A DNA stretch of 52,067 nt from Rothia sp. (in: high G+C Gram-positive bacteria). Lineage in GTDB: Bacteria; Actinomycetota; Actinomycetes; Actinomycetales; Micrococcaceae. A model generated the notes under the pieces. The model made no database searches. It was given only the letters and a program-made list of their open reading frames with translations, and was not told the origin of the DNA. Below, in pieces: positions 11,301-21,561 of the stretch. The DNA lies in NCBI GenBank assembly GCA_034179845.1, contig JAXFPK010000067.1, positions 1-52,067 on the forward strand. The letters are read 5' to 3'. Each line of letters begins with the position of its first letter. The stretch's first letter is position 1. The position numbers and the translations under genes are program-made.

Positions 11301-11574
11301 AGAGGCAGCTGTAGAGGCCGGACTTATTGATGAGCAAGATGCCAGCTTGCTTTCAAGGGCTTGGAAACTTGCCTCAAAGATACGCGGGCTGAACGTGTTG
11401 CGTACCGGTAGAGCATCAGATACATTGACGACCACCCGCTCAGATCTTGAAGCGATTGCCCGCTGGTGTGGTTACGCGCCCGGTTCTGCCTGGAAACTAG
11501 AGGACGATTACCTGCGTATTACACGTCAGGCCCGCGCAGTCTATGAAAAGCTCTTCTACCCGCAGGCCTCGTAG
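8398..11574 (+). CDS. glnE: Bifunctional glutamine synthetase adenylyltransferase/adenylyl-removing enzyme
   Basis: Two nucleotidyltransferase domains (GMGKCGARELNYISDVD and MGRQGGAEIGYGSDSD), each with DAxLRPEG. GTG start at 8398 after AAGGAG. Confidence 0.96.
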   Translation: MTHTQQNETPQEAAYRAEEERKAHLRLVSEMVSLGFYDAAKSVRWLRSPELQGLDRAKLFEGLRLAPSPDIALPALVRLIERAPQVAELAQKGAQAEALYRLLGGSEALGEFLIRHPEHASLLALDPTSFSGQDHPASLMPETDEEYLSPIAPLDTLYRRELLTAVGADPNATDPQAQLTGKEAYTALRVAYRRHLTELAIYDLTSFAPAQFMPTVGRLLADLAAAAIEGALAIARADVSKNYDPQTVAAVQLAVIGMGKCGARELNYISDVDVVYAVAHTPLTDLPEGFTPLDENTLTQIGTELVMALSKAIMAPAPEPALWEVDANLRPEGKDGALVRTVESYTTYYKRWAENWEFQALLKARPIAGTPELGVRWARAMRPFIWESATRDSFVESVQAMRRRVTDNIPAAEVDRQIKLGPGGLRDVEFTVQLLQLVHGRTDESIRTQTTTDSIAALAKASYIGRKDAHDFAENYATLRVMEHRIQLLYMRRTHLMPAKEKDRRALARAMNSPLAPTHLTEAEMLKQWAGIKRVVKSLHERLFFRPLLAAVAHLSKAEVALSPQAAQDRLAALGYKDPKRAMGHIEALTKGLRRSAEIQRTLMPVLLGWFAKGVNPDAGLLGFRRISESLGGTPWYLRMLRDSPAAAERLCSLLSSSRFITDLLEDTPEPIAWLDRAEDLKPRSTDVIIGELRSQLTRHTDSAEAIRAVRMVRRREILRLAMGEALGLNTNAEVAHGLSDIDRGAIQSALAIAERETYTDGRTPLTDLAVIAMGRQGGAEIGYGSDSDLIYVHIPREGADGKAAQAEATDLINRMVSLLKQPTTPPIRAEKVLEIDADLRPEGKSGAMVRSLESFREYYERWADTWEFQALLRARPFAGSEYVGAAFIELIDPYRYPVSFSAEKVTEIRRMKARVETERMPRGSDKTRQLKLGRGGLTDVEWLVQLLQLQHAHRVPGMQTTSTLKALEAAVEAGLIDEQDASLLSRAWKLASKIRGLNVLRTGRASDTLTTTRSDLEAIARWCGYAPGSAWKLEDDYLRITRQARAVYEKLFYPQAS

Positions 11575-11663
11575 AAGGCTCAGATAAGACGACTTGTGCT
11601 GGGCGTGTTCTGGCGTGCAGACCCCTACTTAGGGGGGGCGGGCATCAACCTTCCAGCGCATGC

Positions 11664-11708
11664 AAAAGGCGGGGGCCGGTTACCTTGAAAAGGTGACCGG
11701 CCCCCGCC
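11664..11708 (-). terminator. Intrinsic terminator of glnA1
   Basis: GGCGGGGGCCGGTTACCTT / AAGGTGACCGGCCCCCGCC stem with a T-run on the minus strand. Confidence 0.85.
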
Positions 11709-11734
11709 AGAGGAATATCTAGGAGCTACAGGTC

Positions 11735-13159
11735 TTAGACGCCGTAGTACATCTCGTATTCGAGGGGGTGGGGTACAAGCAGCAGGGGAGCGAGCTCATT
11801 GGTGCGCTTGTAGTCAATCCATGCTGAGATGAGGTCTTCAGTGAAGACGTCGCCTGCTAGCAGGAAGTCGTGGTCCTTCTCCAGAGCGTCCAGGGCTTCT
11901 TCAAGGTTGATGGGGGCCTTCTTGATGTCTGCTGCTTCTTCAGCAGGCAGTTCGTAGAGGTCTTTGTCGATGGGTGCAGGCGGTTCGATGCGGTTGCGGA
12001 TACCGTCCAGACCTGCCATGAGCTGGGCTGCGAAGGACAGGTAGGGGTTGGAGGAGGGGTCCGGGGCACGGAACTCGAGGCGCTTGGCCTTGGGGTTGGT
12101 GCCGGTGATGGGGATACGGATACCTGCCGAACGGTTACCCTGTGAGTAGACCATGTTGATAGGTGCTTCGTAGCCGGGAACCAGGCGCTTGTAGGAGTTG
12201 ACGGTGGGGTTGGTGAAAGCTAGAACTGATGAGGAGTGCTCAATCAGACCACCAATGTACCAGCGGGCAATATCTGAGAGGCCTGCGTAGCCGCGCTCGT
12301 CGTAGAAGAGGGGCTCGCCGTCCTGCCATAGTGACTGGTGGCAGTGCATGCCTGAACCGTTGTCGCCAAAGACAGGCTTGGGCATGAAGGTGACGGTCTT
12401 GCCCCACTGGTCGGCGGTGTTCTTGATGACGTACTTGAACTTGAGCAGGTCATCTGCTGCCTGGGTGAGGGTAGAGAACTTGTAGTTAATCTCAGCCTGG
12501 CCGGGTGCACCAACTTCGTGGTGGGAACGCTCAACTTCGAGGCCTACTTCGTCAAGGCTGACGCACATGGCGTCGCGCAAATCTGCCTGCTTATCGACGG
12601 GGGAGACGGGGAAGTAGCCGCCCTTGGTCTGGGTCTTGTTGCCCAGGTTGCCGCCTTCTTCCTTGCGGCCAGAGTTCCAGGGAGCTTCATCTGAATCAAT
12701 CTTGAAGGAGACTGACTGGGGAGTGACTTCGTGCTGGACGTTTTCGAAGACGAAGAATTCTGCTTCTGATGCGAAGAAAGCGGTGTCTGCGATACCGGTT
12801 GACTTCAGGTACTCTTCGGCGCGTTCTGCAACACCACGGGGGTCACGGTGGTATGACTCACCGGTGCGGGGGTTAACAATGGAGCCGGTAACGACCAGGG
12901 TCTTTTCAAGACGGAAGGGGTCAACGTAGCAGCTAGTGACATCGGGGATCAGCTGCATGTCAGACTCTGCGATGCCCTGGAAACCACGGATTGAGGAGCC
13001 ATCGAACATCTGGCCTACGGTGAAGAAATCTTCGTCGATAGCCTTAGCGGGCAGGTTGAAGTGCTGCTGAACGCCGGGCAGGTCGCAGAAGCGGATGTCA
13101 ACGAACTTGATGTCTTCGTTCTTGATGAAGTCGAGGACTTCCTGTGCAGTAGTGAACAT
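11735..13159 (-). CDS. glnA1: Glutamine synthetase type I (GSI-beta)
   Basis: Motifs [29 protein letters not shown], and the adenylylation site DKDLYEL. ATG at 13159 after AAGGAG. Confidence 0.97.
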   Translation of the reverse strand: MFTTAQEVLDFIKNEDIKFVDIRFCDLPGVQQHFNLPAKAIDEDFFTVGQMFDGSSIRGFQGIAESDMQLIPDVTSCYVDPFRLEKTLVVTGSIVNPRTGESYHRDPRGVAERAEEYLKSTGIADTAFFASEAEFFVFENVQHEVTPQSVSFKIDSDEAPWNSGRKEEGGNLGNKTQTKGGYFPVSPVDKQADLRDAMCVSLDEVGLEVERSHHEVGAPGQAEINYKFSTLTQAADDLLKFKYVIKNTADQWGKTVTFMPKPVFGDNGSGMHCHQSLWQDGEPLFYDERGYAGLSDIARWYIGGLIEHSSSVLAFTNPTVNSYKRLVPGYEAPINMVYSQGNRSAGIRIPITGTNPKAKRLEFRAPDPSSNPYLSFAAQLMAGLDGIRNRIEPPAPIDKDLYELPAEEAADIKKAPINLEEALDALEKDHDFLLAGDVFTEDLISAWIDYKRTNELAPLLLVPHPLEYEMYYGV

Positions 13160-13259
13160 GGTCGTTTGTTCTCCTTGAGTTGTTATCGACCCATGGGTGC
13201 CCGTTTGCAGGGGCTCCCTCGTTGTTGTTTCTAGCCTAAGGCGTATTTTTTGCCCTAAA

Positions 13260-13286
13260 GTGTCGCTTTTGTTTCGCGCATGTAAC
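13260..13286 (-). promoter_or_regulatory. GlnR box upstream of glnA1
   Basis: Minus strand reads GTTAC-n6-GAAAC-n6-GACAC, matching the gTnAc-n6-GaAAc consensus. A TAGGCT -10-like hexamer follows. Confidence 0.8.
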
Positions 13287-13445
13287 TTGCCTTGTGCCTG
13301 GGTTGCGTGGGCGTTACCTGGTTTAAGGGGGCTACGGTCCCTTATATCTAGTGTAGGGGTTCTAAGCTCAAGTTTCTCAGAGTACGGGATGCTTGCCCCA
13401 GCTTTTCCCCAGTGAAAGGAGCTAAGAGCCGGTAAGGTTAGTGGG

Positions 13446-13907
13446 GTGCTGACAAGAAAAGAATTAGGCTCATGGATTGAAGGTGCCCCCACTGATCAGG
13501 AGTACCCCGGCCAGAATATGGGCAGACCGCGGTCAGGACGGGGAGCCGTGGCTCGCCCGGGGCGCCGTCTGCTAGCTTTCTGGGTGGATTGGTTACTGGT
13601 TGAAGGCATCTTTTTTGTGCTGGGGCAGACTATCTTCCCCACCGTCAATACGGCCATCCCCGATATCGTACAGCTAGTCTTTTTCTGGCTCTATATGGTG
13701 GCAGCTGTAGGTTTCATGGGGCATACCATGGGGCATTTTGCCCTGGGCATGCAGGTGCAAAGACTCGATGGTAAACCCGCTGGTTGGCTGACCGCCCTTA
13801 TCCGCCAGTCCCTCATCATGCTGGTATTACCCGTTGTCATTATGGACGCAGACCAGCGAGGCTTACATGACCGGGCCCGTCACACTATTTTGGTGATGAT
13901 TCGATAA
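13446..13907 (+). CDS. RDD family membrane protein
   Basis: Motifs RRLLAFWVD and DQRGLHD. Canonical position divergent from glnA1. Confidence 0.9.
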   Translation: MLTRKELGSWIEGAPTDQEYPGQNMGRPRSGRGAVARPGRRLLAFWVDWLLVEGIFFVLGQTIFPTVNTAIPDIVQLVFFWLYMVAAVGFMGHTMGHFALGMQVQRLDGKPAGWLTALIRQSLIMLVLPVVIMDADQRGLHDRARHTILVMIR

Positions 13908-13919
13908 AAGAAAGATAAT

Positions 13920-14621
13920 ATGACGAACCCTAACCCCGAAGAACCGCCCCACACAAAGGACCCGGCGCTACCGTCCTTTCTCACCCAGCCACGAAAAATC
14001 GACAAGATTCTTTTGAGTCTTTTGGGTTTGATGACTATTTATTCAATGGTCATGATTCCTCTGCGCCCTAACCTCATGGTTGATGCCCCCTGGCTTCTCT
14101 CACTGCTCACAGGATCAGGGCTGGGGCTACTGATTACAGCCGCCCAGAACCAGGGTGCTGTCCTCATGCTAGCTGCCCTCAGCCTAGCTGCAGCTGCCAG
14201 TGCCATCAAATTCTTGCTTGTCTACTTCTTCATGGGCAAACACTGGGGGCAGGATTTCATCACCTGGATATTCGCCAACCACACCCCCCTGTGGTGGCGC
14301 AAACTTGAAGGGTTTGTCGAGAAGCACCTTTTCCTGAGCCTGGCATTAGGGTTTATCCCCTTCTCACCTATCCCTGCCACAATCCTGGTTGCAATCGCCG
14401 GGATTCGCAAAATCAAGGGGTGGATGATTGGCCTCTATATCTTCCTGCTGGCCCTGTGCAATAAGCTCTTCTACCTCTACCTGGGATTGCGTTTTGGTGA
14501 AGGCATACAGCCAACTCTCGAAACTATCGACCGCTACATGATGCAAATAACCCTGGCCTTGATTGCCTACGTTTTCATCATGAACTGGTGGCGTAGCTCT
14601 AAGAAAAAAACTGGGCAGTAG
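13920..14621 (+). CDS. DedA/VTT-like membrane protein
   Basis: Multiple hydrophobic segments, YFFMGKHWG, re-entrant-like FIPFSPIP. Confidence 0.6.
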   Translation: MTNPNPEEPPHTKDPALPSFLTQPRKIDKILLSLLGLMTIYSMVMIPLRPNLMVDAPWLLSLLTGSGLGLLITAAQNQGAVLMLAALSLAAAASAIKFLLVYFFMGKHWGQDFITWIFANHTPLWWRKLEGFVEKHLFLSLALGFIPFSPIPATILVAIAGIRKIKGWMIGLYIFLLALCNKLFYLYLGLRFGEGIQPTLETIDRYMMQITLALIAYVFIMNWWRSSKKKTGQ

Positions 14622-14637
14622 ACTTGCCCACGGTACA

Positions 14638-14678
14638 AAGGGGGGGGGCGCTCAACAGGTGTTGAGCGGGCCCCCCTT
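14638..14678. terminator. Hairpin between convergent genes
   Basis: GGGGGG..GCTCAACA / TGTTGAGC..CCCCCC inverted repeat. Confidence 0.65.
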
Positions 14679-14698
14679 ATGTGAGTAAACCCTTAGGC

Positions 14699-15448
14699 TT
14701 AGCGCATGCCCTTACGGTTAGGGCGCATACGCATAGGGTCAATACCCTTAGGAATAGCATTGAGCATGTTGTTCTGCTTTGACAGCGAATCAATGCGGTT
14801 TGCTACCTGGTGCATCTCCTGCTGGGTGAGCTTCTTAGAAAGCTTATTCATGGTCTTGGTGAGCTGTTTAAGCTCAACCTGGCCCTCAGCAGAACCGGTG
14901 TTAATGACGGTAACAGGAACAGTTGGCACAATCTTGGTGTACTTGAGCTTTTCCTTCTGAACCAGGCCATTGACGCGGCTGGTGGGCCCCTCAGTGACGA
15001 GGACGATGCCAGGGCGTCCAATGGCGCGGAAGACGACGTCCTGGGATTTGTTGGCTGCTACGGGGCGCTGCTCGAAAATCCAGCCGCGACGCAGGGTAGA
15101 GAGAGCTGCACCGGAGCGTCCGGGCTGGCCTTCTAACTGCGCGAAGGCAGCCTTTTCTGCACGGCGAGAGAGCACCATGACAGCGAACAAGATACCCAGG
15201 GGGATACCAATCAGCAGGAAGGTAATCCAGTTATTCAGTAGCAGACCGATGAGTAGGAAAACCAGAAGGGTGCCACAGAAGATGAGGGCAAGAATCCAGG
15301 GGATGGTGGGGTCCTGCTCGCGGGTCATAGCATAGACCTGCTTCATCTGAGCAAACATGCCGGGGCCACGCTTGGCGCGGCGCTCCTGACGAGCTTTCTT
15401 CTTTTCTTCGCGGGTCTGTGCGCGGGTGCTGCCACGGGATTCAGCCAC
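14699..15448 (-). CDS. DUF4191 family membrane protein
   Basis: Two TM helices, VFRAIGRPGIVLV.EG and IPKGIDP. Conserved position between lipA and the RDD gene. GTG start after GAAGGA. Confidence 0.88.
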   Translation of the reverse strand: MAESRGSTRAQTREEKKKARQERRAKRGPGMFAQMKQVYAMTREQDPTIPWILALIFCGTLLVFLLIGLLLNNWITFLLIGIPLGILFAVMVLSRRAEKAAFAQLEGQPGRSGAALSTLRRGWIFEQRPVAANKSQDVVFRAIGRPGIVLVTEGPTSRVNGLVQKEKLKYTKIVPTVPVTVINTGSAEGQVELKQLTKTMNKLSKKLTQQEMHQVANRIDSLSKQNNMLNAIPKGIDPMRMRPNRKGMR

Positions 15449-15576
15449 TGTGTTTCCTTCGTGAGTCGATTCTGGGCGGGCGGGTGCCATACGCGCCCTA
15501 ACTTACCTATTCTATACGGCAAGCGCCCACCGGTGAAACCGCTGGGCGCTTGAAACTCTAGAGGCTGAGCTAGCTT

Positions 15577-16584
15577 TTATGCTCCGGCCGCTACCAAAGA
15601 GCTGGCCTCCTGCATAGCAAAACCTGAATCTTCGATGTGAGACAGGTGCTCAGGAATCTTACGCCCCTGCTTCTTCATTGCACGAGCCCAGAGCTTACCG
15701 GCACGGTAGGACGAGCGTACCATGGGGCCTGCCATGACGCCGGCAAAGCCGATTTCTTCAGCCATCTTCGACAATTCAACGAACTCAGCGGGCTTAACCC
15801 AGCGGTCGATGGGGTGGAAGAGAGGGCCAGGGCGCAGGTATTGGGTAAGAGTAATCAAATCAGTGCCAGCATCGTGCAGGTCGCACAGGGCCTCGTAGAC
15901 TTCGTCATTGGTTTCGCCCATACCCAGAATCAGGTTGGACTTGGTAATCAAGCCTGCCTCTTTACCCTGGGTGATGACGTCCAAAGAACGCTCGTAGCGG
16001 AAGGCAGGGCGAATCTGACGGAAGATACGAGGAACAGTCTCAAGATTGTGGGCAAAGACCTCAGGCTGGGCATCAATAACCTGCTGGACGTCCTCTTCCT
16101 TACCCTTAAAATCGGGAATCAGGATTTCGACCCCAGTATTAGGGGAAACCCGGTGAATCTGACGGATAGTTTCGGCATAAAGCCAGGCCCCGCCGTCTTC
16201 AAGATCATCACGTGCTACACCGGTGACCGTGGCGTAGCGCAGACCCATCTTCTTAACGTTCAGTGCTACCTTCAGAGGCTCGGTGCGGTCGATGGCAACA
16301 GGCTTGCCGGTGTCAATCATGCAGAAGTCACAACGGCGGGTACATTCTGAACCGCCGATGAGGTAGGTGGCCTCGCGGTCTTCCCAACATTCGAAGATGT
16401 TGGGGCAGCCTGCCTCTTCACACACAGTGTGCAGGCCAGAGCCTCGGGCCAAGTCAATCATTTCCTTGTATTCAGGGCCGACCTTGGCCTTGGTCTTAAT
16501 CCATGAGGGCTTCTTCTCGATGGGGACCTCGGCATTGCGGGCTTCAACGCGAAGCAGCTTGCGGCCTTCTGGCTGGGCGCTCAT
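15577..16584 (-). CDS. lipA: Lipoyl synthase
   Basis: Motifs [24 protein letters not shown]. Confidence 0.97.
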   Translation of the reverse strand: MSAQPEGRKLLRVEARNAEVPIEKKPSWIKTKAKVGPEYKEMIDLARGSGLHTVCEEAGCPNIFECWEDREATYLIGGSECTRRCDFCMIDTGKPVAIDRTEPLKVALNVKKMGLRYATVTGVARDDLEDGGAWLYAETIRQIHRVSPNTGVEILIPDFKGKEEDVQQVIDAQPEVFAHNLETVPRIFRQIRPAFRYERSLDVITQGKEAGLITKSNLILGMGETNDEVYEALCDLHDAGTDLITLTQYLRPGPLFHPIDRWVKPAEFVELSKMAEEIGFAGVMAGPMVRSSYRAGKLWARAMKKQGRKIPEHLSHIEDSGFAMQEASSLVAAGA

Positions 16585-16650
16585 GAGGTGGGGTTCTCCT
16601 TGGTATATGGCTTGGTTCTCGCCGGTGATAGGGTGTGGCAGCTAATCAGA

Positions 16651-17322
16651 CTAGTCTTGGACAGTGAAGTTGGCAGCTAGTTGATCGGCGTAGCGCGCTA
16701 GTTCTTTTTCTACTGCATCAACAACATCAGAGGGGCTAATATTCCGCCCCAGCTGTTCTGAGATGGTGGTAACACCGGCATCGGTGATACCGCAGGGGAT
16801 AAAAGCGCCAAAGGGATCAGTGGGGTTGTTACAGTTCAGAGAAAAGCCGTGCATGGTTGTCTTCTTTGAGACGCGAATACCGATAGCAGCAATCTTCTTA
16901 TCGGGCACTAAGGCGCCATCGCCCATGACCCATACCCCCGAGCGTCCTTCTACCCGCTGGCAGGTGATGCCCATATCTGTGAGGACGTTAATCAGTACCT
17001 CCTCTAAGAGGCGCACATATTTGACAACATCAAAGGGCTGGGGCAACTGTACGATGGGGTAGCCAACGAGCTGGCCAGGGCCGTGCCAGGTGAGCTTTCC
17101 TCCGCGGTCAATTTTTATTACCGGTACCTGGTTATCGGCGGGATATTCATGATCTTCGGTGCGCTTACCAGCGGTGATAACTTCTTGATGTTCTAGAAGT
17201 AAAACGGTGTTTTGACGGACGCTGGTGGCGACTTCTTCGTGGATAGTGCGCTGGTAGTCAAGCGCGGAGGTATATTCCACATAGTCGGGGGCAAGCCCAA
17301 CACGTTCAAACAAAAGTGCCAT
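16651..17322 (-). CDS. lipB: Octanoyltransferase
   Basis: Motifs [40 protein letters not shown]. Start refined to ATG 17322. Confidence 0.96.
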   Translation of the reverse strand: MALLFERVGLAPDYVEYTSALDYQRTIHEEVATSVRQNTVLLLEHQEVITAGKRTEDHEYPADNQVPVIKIDRGGKLTWHGPGQLVGYPIVQLPQPFDVVKYVRLLEEVLINVLTDMGITCQRVEGRSGVWVMGDGALVPDKKIAAIGIRVSKKTTMHGFSLNCNNPTDPFGAFIPCGITDAGVTTISEQLGRNISPSDVVDAVEKELARYADQLAANFTVQD

Positions 17323-17400
17323 ACCTTCTAGAGTAGTCCTTTTAGCGGTGCGACAAAAATATTTGAGAAGGCTCAAGAGCACCGTGCCTCTTCTCTTACC

Positions 17401-17478
17401 TTATGACACTCTATGACGCTTTTATCCACAAGGGTTCTGTATGTATTTGACTAGGTGAAACATTCTGCCTGTGGAGAG
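17401..17478. promoter_or_regulatory. 10-bp-phased TATGAC repeats plus DnaA-type box upstream of the pseudokinase
   Basis: TTATGACACT-CTATGACGCT (17401-17420), TTATCCACA (17422-17430), TTTGAC (17446-17451), degenerate TGTGGAGAG (17470-17478). Confidence 0.6.
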
Positions 17479-17517
17479 CGGTGAGAAGGCAAGAACACAC
17501 TGGTATATAGCTTAAGC

Positions 17518-19164
17518 ATGAGCACCCCCACACAAGCACCCCAGACACCTCAACAGCCTGCCCCGACGGAACAAGAAATAGCGCACTCTTCTCTTCTCCC
17601 AGCAAACCTAGCCGATGTTACCCCGCGCTACCGCATCGAAAGCGGAGCCCACCACAGCACCTGGATCGTAGACTGCGGCTACCAAGGCGCTGCCCAACTC
17701 GAGGTGCAAGCTGGCCCCTACACTCTCACCCACATCACCGAACCTGCTGAGGAACACATCAAAGCAGCCGAACGGCTCTGCTCCATCAACCCCCACCCCG
17801 CAGTGCTACGCGTTGATGCGGTAACCTCATCAGCCAACTCCCACCACATCTGGTATGAACCCGCTGAAGCCGGTACTCTTGCAGACTACTGCCAGGCCAA
17901 AGGCAAACTGCCACTAGGGCAAGTAACAGCCATCGCACAAGGTCTCACGCAGGCCCTGAGCTACCTCCACGAGCAAGGCTTTGCCTACTCCACCCTCACA
18001 GCCAACCATTGCCTACTCACCGTGCGAGGCGAACTCAAACTTCTTGCCCCTGATCTTAATACCCGCACCCTGACACCAGCAGTACAAAAAAGCCGGCAGG
18101 CAGAGAATATTGCTGCTTGCGCTGCCCTGCTATGGTTTTGCCTGACCGGCCAAGAACCTAAGACTATGCGACTGAGAGCTCCACTGAACCTAGCCGTCCC
18201 CCAAGCAAGTGAAGCGCTAGCCCAGACTCTCGAAGATGCCATCGACTCTAGAGCCCAACAACCTCAGCTTGCAGACCTACTAGCTCCCATCGAACTAGTA
18301 GCAGACCCCGAGCCTCTAGAACTTCACCTCAGCGCCCACCCAAGCGTGCATTCCAGGCTCCCTGCCTACAGGCAACCTGAAACAAGAGAACCTCACCGGG
18401 CTATCAAACAGCGGTGGAAAACCTACGGGCAACTTCCAGATCTATCCCAAGGGAACACAAGACACACCCGCAAACAGATTCTCAAGAAAACAGAAAGCAA
18501 AAGCAGCTGGCAACTACCCCTAGGGAAGAATCTCCAAGGCAGGGGAGCCCTTGCCGGGGTAGCCGTCGTTGCTGCCCTAGCCCTGGGTGGGGCTGGGTAT
18601 CATCTCTTCTCCCCAACATCTTCCTCTGAAGAAATGAAGTCAGAAGCCGAGACTACTTCATCACCTTCACCTCCTAGTGAACTAGCTGTGGAGCCTCAAC
18701 TGGCCGGCCAGCCACAAGAAACCGAGGAACAACAGGTAAAGACCGCAGGACTAAGTGATGATGAAATAGCTCTAATCACTACAGGACTAGTGGCTACCCG
18801 CAGCACAGTCCTGGCTTCAGGGGAACACAGTCGCATTGGCGAATACGCACCTCCAACCTCACCACTGGCTAAATCCGATCAACAACTGCTAAGCCATGAA
18901 GGTGCAGCTAGATTAGCTGGCACAAGCACAGAACTGATTGCGGTGAATGAGGTTGTAACAACTGAAAACGGTTATACACTCCGGGCCATCGTGCAAGCTA
19001 ACGGGTATAGCCCCACTGGTAGCGACCAAGAACTTTCTGCACAAGGGATTAGCTGGCAAGACGGTAAAGTGCTCCAACACGTTGAGCTGAGCATCCAAGA
19101 CCAAGACGGAAGCTATCTACTAACTCAGGCCCGCCCACTGCCACTGACACCGTCCACCCTCTAG
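17518..19164 (+). CDS. Membrane-anchored Ser/Thr kinase-like protein (probable pseudokinase)
   Basis: Kinase-fold remnants (HPAVLRV, GTLADY, ALSYLHEQG), but YSTLTANH replaces HRDxKxxN and APD replaces DFG. A single TM helix precedes a C-terminal extracellular domain. Confidence 0.75.
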   Translation: MSTPTQAPQTPQQPAPTEQEIAHSSLLPANLADVTPRYRIESGAHHSTWIVDCGYQGAAQLEVQAGPYTLTHITEPAEEHIKAAERLCSINPHPAVLRVDAVTSSANSHHIWYEPAEAGTLADYCQAKGKLPLGQVTAIAQGLTQALSYLHEQGFAYSTLTANHCLLTVRGELKLLAPDLNTRTLTPAVQKSRQAENIAACAALLWFCLTGQEPKTMRLRAPLNLAVPQASEALAQTLEDAIDSRAQQPQLADLLAPIELVADPEPLELHLSAHPSVHSRLPAYRQPETREPHRAIKQRWKTYGQLPDLSQGNTRHTRKQILKKTESKSSWQLPLGKNLQGRGALAGVAVVAALALGGAGYHLFSPTSSSEEMKSEAETTSSPSPPSELAVEPQLAGQPQETEEQQVKTAGLSDDEIALITTGLVATRSTVLASGEHSRIGEYAPPTSPLAKSDQQLLSHEGAARLAGTSTELIAVNEVVTTENGYTLRAIVQANGYSPTGSDQELSAQGISWQDGKVLQHVELSIQDQDGSYLLTQARPLPLTPSTL

Positions 19165-19189
19165 AGAACCTATCTACCTGTCTATATGC

Positions 19190-19224
19190 CAGGGGCGGTG
19201 CACCAAACCGGTGCACCGCCCCTG
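19190..19224. terminator. Hairpin between convergent genes
   Basis: CAGGGGCGGTGCACC-5 nt-GGTGCACCGCCCCTG perfect stem. Confidence 0.8.
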
Positions 19225-19257
19225 AGTATAAGAATCTACAGATTCTTGAAAACGAGC

Positions 19258-19641
19258 TTAAATCTGGGGGTACTGCATGAACACCGCGATAGCAATATTA
19301 ATTAGTGCCAAACCGCCAACAGTATGGGCCAAAGCCACATTTCTGCCATTTTCAGGGGTGCCCAGTGCACAGGCGGCCTTGTACTTCTTCTGTCCCATAA
19401 AAGCAGCTACAGCAATGATGAGAGCAAGCACCATCTTGATACCAATCATCATGTGATTCAAGGTCATGTTCTGTGACATCTGAAGGAAATAGAGAGCAAA
19501 GCCTGTAATCACCTGTAAGAGGGCTGCATGGAACTGGCCGGGTAAGACGATGCCCTGCTTGAAGGTGCCTAGCCATAGGCCAAGAACCATTGCGGCACCC
19601 ACGATATGCAGGAAAAGAAGAATTGAAAATGCGATAGACAT
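19258..19641 (-). CDS. Conserved 4-TM membrane protein
   Basis: Four hydrophobic helices with LHIVGAA, QVITG, NH..IGIK and H.VGGLA motifs. Confidence 0.8.
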   Translation of the reverse strand: MSIAFSILLFLHIVGAAMVLGLWLGTFKQGIVLPGQFHAALLQVITGFALYFLQMSQNMTLNHMMIGIKMVLALIIAVAAFMGQKKYKAACALGTPENGRNVALAHTVGGLALINIAIAVFMQYPQI

Positions 19642-19754
19642 GACCACAAGTCTACGTAATACTTAGTTGTTTAGCGACAGTTTGCCACTAAAAGATGTGT
19701 GGGCGTGACCACGCAAGAAACCATAGAAAAAGAATACTATCCCGCAAAGAACAG

Positions 19755-19791
19755 AAAGGTGCCCCGCTGGCAAAATTACCAGCGGGGCACC
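19755..19791 (-). terminator. Terminator of sucB
   Basis: GGTGCCCCGCTGG...CCAGCGGGGCACC with a T-run on the minus strand. Confidence 0.8.
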
Positions 19792-19825
19792 CAAGCACCT
19801 AGCTATCAGAGCTAAGAACTATGGC

Positions 19826-21466
19826 TTAGAGACCAACCTCAGCTTCGAAGGCTGCTTCTTCAAGACGCTGCTTGAGGAAAGCCAGGAAGCGGCCGGCGTC
19901 CGCACCGTCTACAACGCGGTGGTCGTAGGTCAGTGAGAAGTAAGCCATGGAACGAACAGCAATGACGTCGTTACCCTCGGCATCCTGAACGATAGCAGGA
20001 CGCTTGTTGGTTGAACCGATACCCAGGATTGCAACGTTGGGCTGGTTGATGATCGGGGTAAAGAAGATACCGCCGTTCTGACCGGTGGAGGAGATGGTGA
20101 AGGTTGAACCTGACAGCTCCTCGGGGCCAACCTGGCCATCGCGGGCGCGCTTTGCAACATCGTTGATGTTCTTAGCCAGACCTGCGATGTCGAGGTCGCC
20201 AGCATTCTGAACAACAGGAACGAGCAGGCCCTTGGGGGTGTCAACAGCCAGGCCGATGTTCTCGGTGCCGTGGTAGGTGATTTCCTTCAGGTCATCGCTC
20301 ATGGATGAGTTGAACTGGGGGAACTCCTGCAGAGCTTCGGTAACTGCCTTGGTGAAGAAGGGTAGGAAGGTCAGCTTAGAGCCCTCACGGGACTCGAAAC
20401 CAGCCTTAGCCTTGTTGCGCAGAGCAACCAGACGGGTCAGGTCAATTTCCTGAACGGTGGTCAGCTGGGCTGAAACAGCCAGTGACTCAACCATGCGCTT
20501 AGCAACGGTCTGGCGGATGCGAGGAGCCTTCTCTGTGGTGCCGCGCTTTGAGGACGCTGCAGACTTGGGGGCTGCCTTCTTGGCAGGAGCGGTGGTTGCG
20601 GGAGCTTCAGCAGCGGATTCTGACTTGACGTCGCCACCCTTCTTTGCCTCAGCAGCAGCCATGACATCCTGCTTGCGGATGCGGCCACCAACACCGGTGC
20701 CCTTAACAGTGGAGAGGTCAACGCCTTCCTGCTTGGCCAGCTTGCGGACCAGGGGAGTGACGTATGCTTCGCCGTTATCGCCAGAAGGCTGTTCAACAGC
20801 GGGTGCCTCGGAAGCTTCGTTGGTTGAAGAGACAGCAGGTGCTTCCTCCTTCTTCTCTTCAGTCTTAGGTGCTTCTTCCTTTGAAGAAGCTGCTGAAGCG
20901 TCACCAATGATAGCCAGAACCTGGCCAACCTCGGCGTCCTCATCTTCCTGGATGCGGATCTCGAGCAGGGTACCTGCTACGGGTGAAGGAACCTCGGTGT
21001 CAACCTTGTCGGTGGAAACCTCAACGAGGGGCTCGTCAACGGCGACCTCTTCGCCAACTTCCTTGAGCCAGCGGGTAATGGTACCTTCGGTGACAGACTC
21101 GCCCAGAGCGGGCAGGGTAACCTCGGTGCCAGAAGCTGAACCGGAGGATGCAGCAGGTGCTTCTTCCTTCTTCTCTTCAGCCTTGGGTGCTTCTTCAGCA
21201 GGTGCATCGTCAGATGAGCCTGCGCCGGAGCCATCACCAATGACCAGAAGGGGAGCGCCAACCTCGACGTCCTCGTCTTCTTCAACGAAAATCTTCTCAA
21301 CAACACCGGCTACGGGTGAGGGAACCTCGGTGTCAACCTTGTCGGTGGAAACTTCAACGATGGGCTGGTCAACCTCAACGGTTTCGCCAACCTCAACGAG
21401 CCAGCGGGTAACGGTACCCTCGGTTACGGATTCGCCCAGTGCGGGCAGTTCTACGGTGGTGGACAT
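19826..21466 (-). CDS. sucB: 2-oxoacid dehydrogenase E2 dihydrolipoamide acyltransferase with two lipoyl domains
   Basis: Two VEVSTDKVDTEVPSP lipoyl domains, an E3-binding domain (TPLVRKLA...GTGVGGRIRKQD) and catalytic DHRVVDG. Confidence 0.95.
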   Translation of the reverse strand: MSTTVELPALGESVTEGTVTRWLVEVGETVEVDQPIVEVSTDKVDTEVPSPVAGVVEKIFVEEDEDVEVGAPLLVIGDGSGAGSSDDAPAEEAPKAEEKKEEAPAASSGSASGTEVTLPALGESVTEGTITRWLKEVGEEVAVDEPLVEVSTDKVDTEVPSPVAGTLLEIRIQEDEDAEVGQVLAIIGDASAASSKEEAPKTEEKKEEAPAVSSTNEASEAPAVEQPSGDNGEAYVTPLVRKLAKQEGVDLSTVKGTGVGGRIRKQDVMAAAEAKKGGDVKSESAAEAPATTAPAKKAAPKSAASSKRGTTEKAPRIRQTVAKRMVESLAVSAQLTTVQEIDLTRLVALRNKAKAGFESREGSKLTFLPFFTKAVTEALQEFPQFNSSMSDDLKEITYHGTENIGLAVDTPKGLLVPVVQNAGDLDIAGLAKNINDVAKRARDGQVGPEELSGSTFTISSTGQNGGIFFTPIINQPNVAILGIGSTNKRPAIVQDAEGNDVIAVRSMAYFSLTYDHRVVDGADAGRFLAFLKQRLEEAAFEAEVGL

Positions 21467-21561
21467 GGTCCTTCGTGCTCTCCTTGTGAGTGGTTTAAAA
21501 ATTATGAAAGGTAGGTGGGTGGGCTGCCGGTGGGCGAACCCACCACCTACCTGAGTCTCAT

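Noticed and set aside
13160-13230. Glutamine riboswitch in the glnA1 leader
   Set aside because: Only a small hairpin with no recognisable glnA-motif structure; the GlnR box explains regulation.
20975-21460. Near-identical DNA repeat inside sucB
   Set aside because: Explained by the two lipoyl domains.
20457-21554. 365-aa + strand ORF and other long antisense ORFs (e.g. 15637-16350, 40893-41441)
   Set aside because: Shadow frames of strongly codon-biased genes (sucB, lipA, glf).
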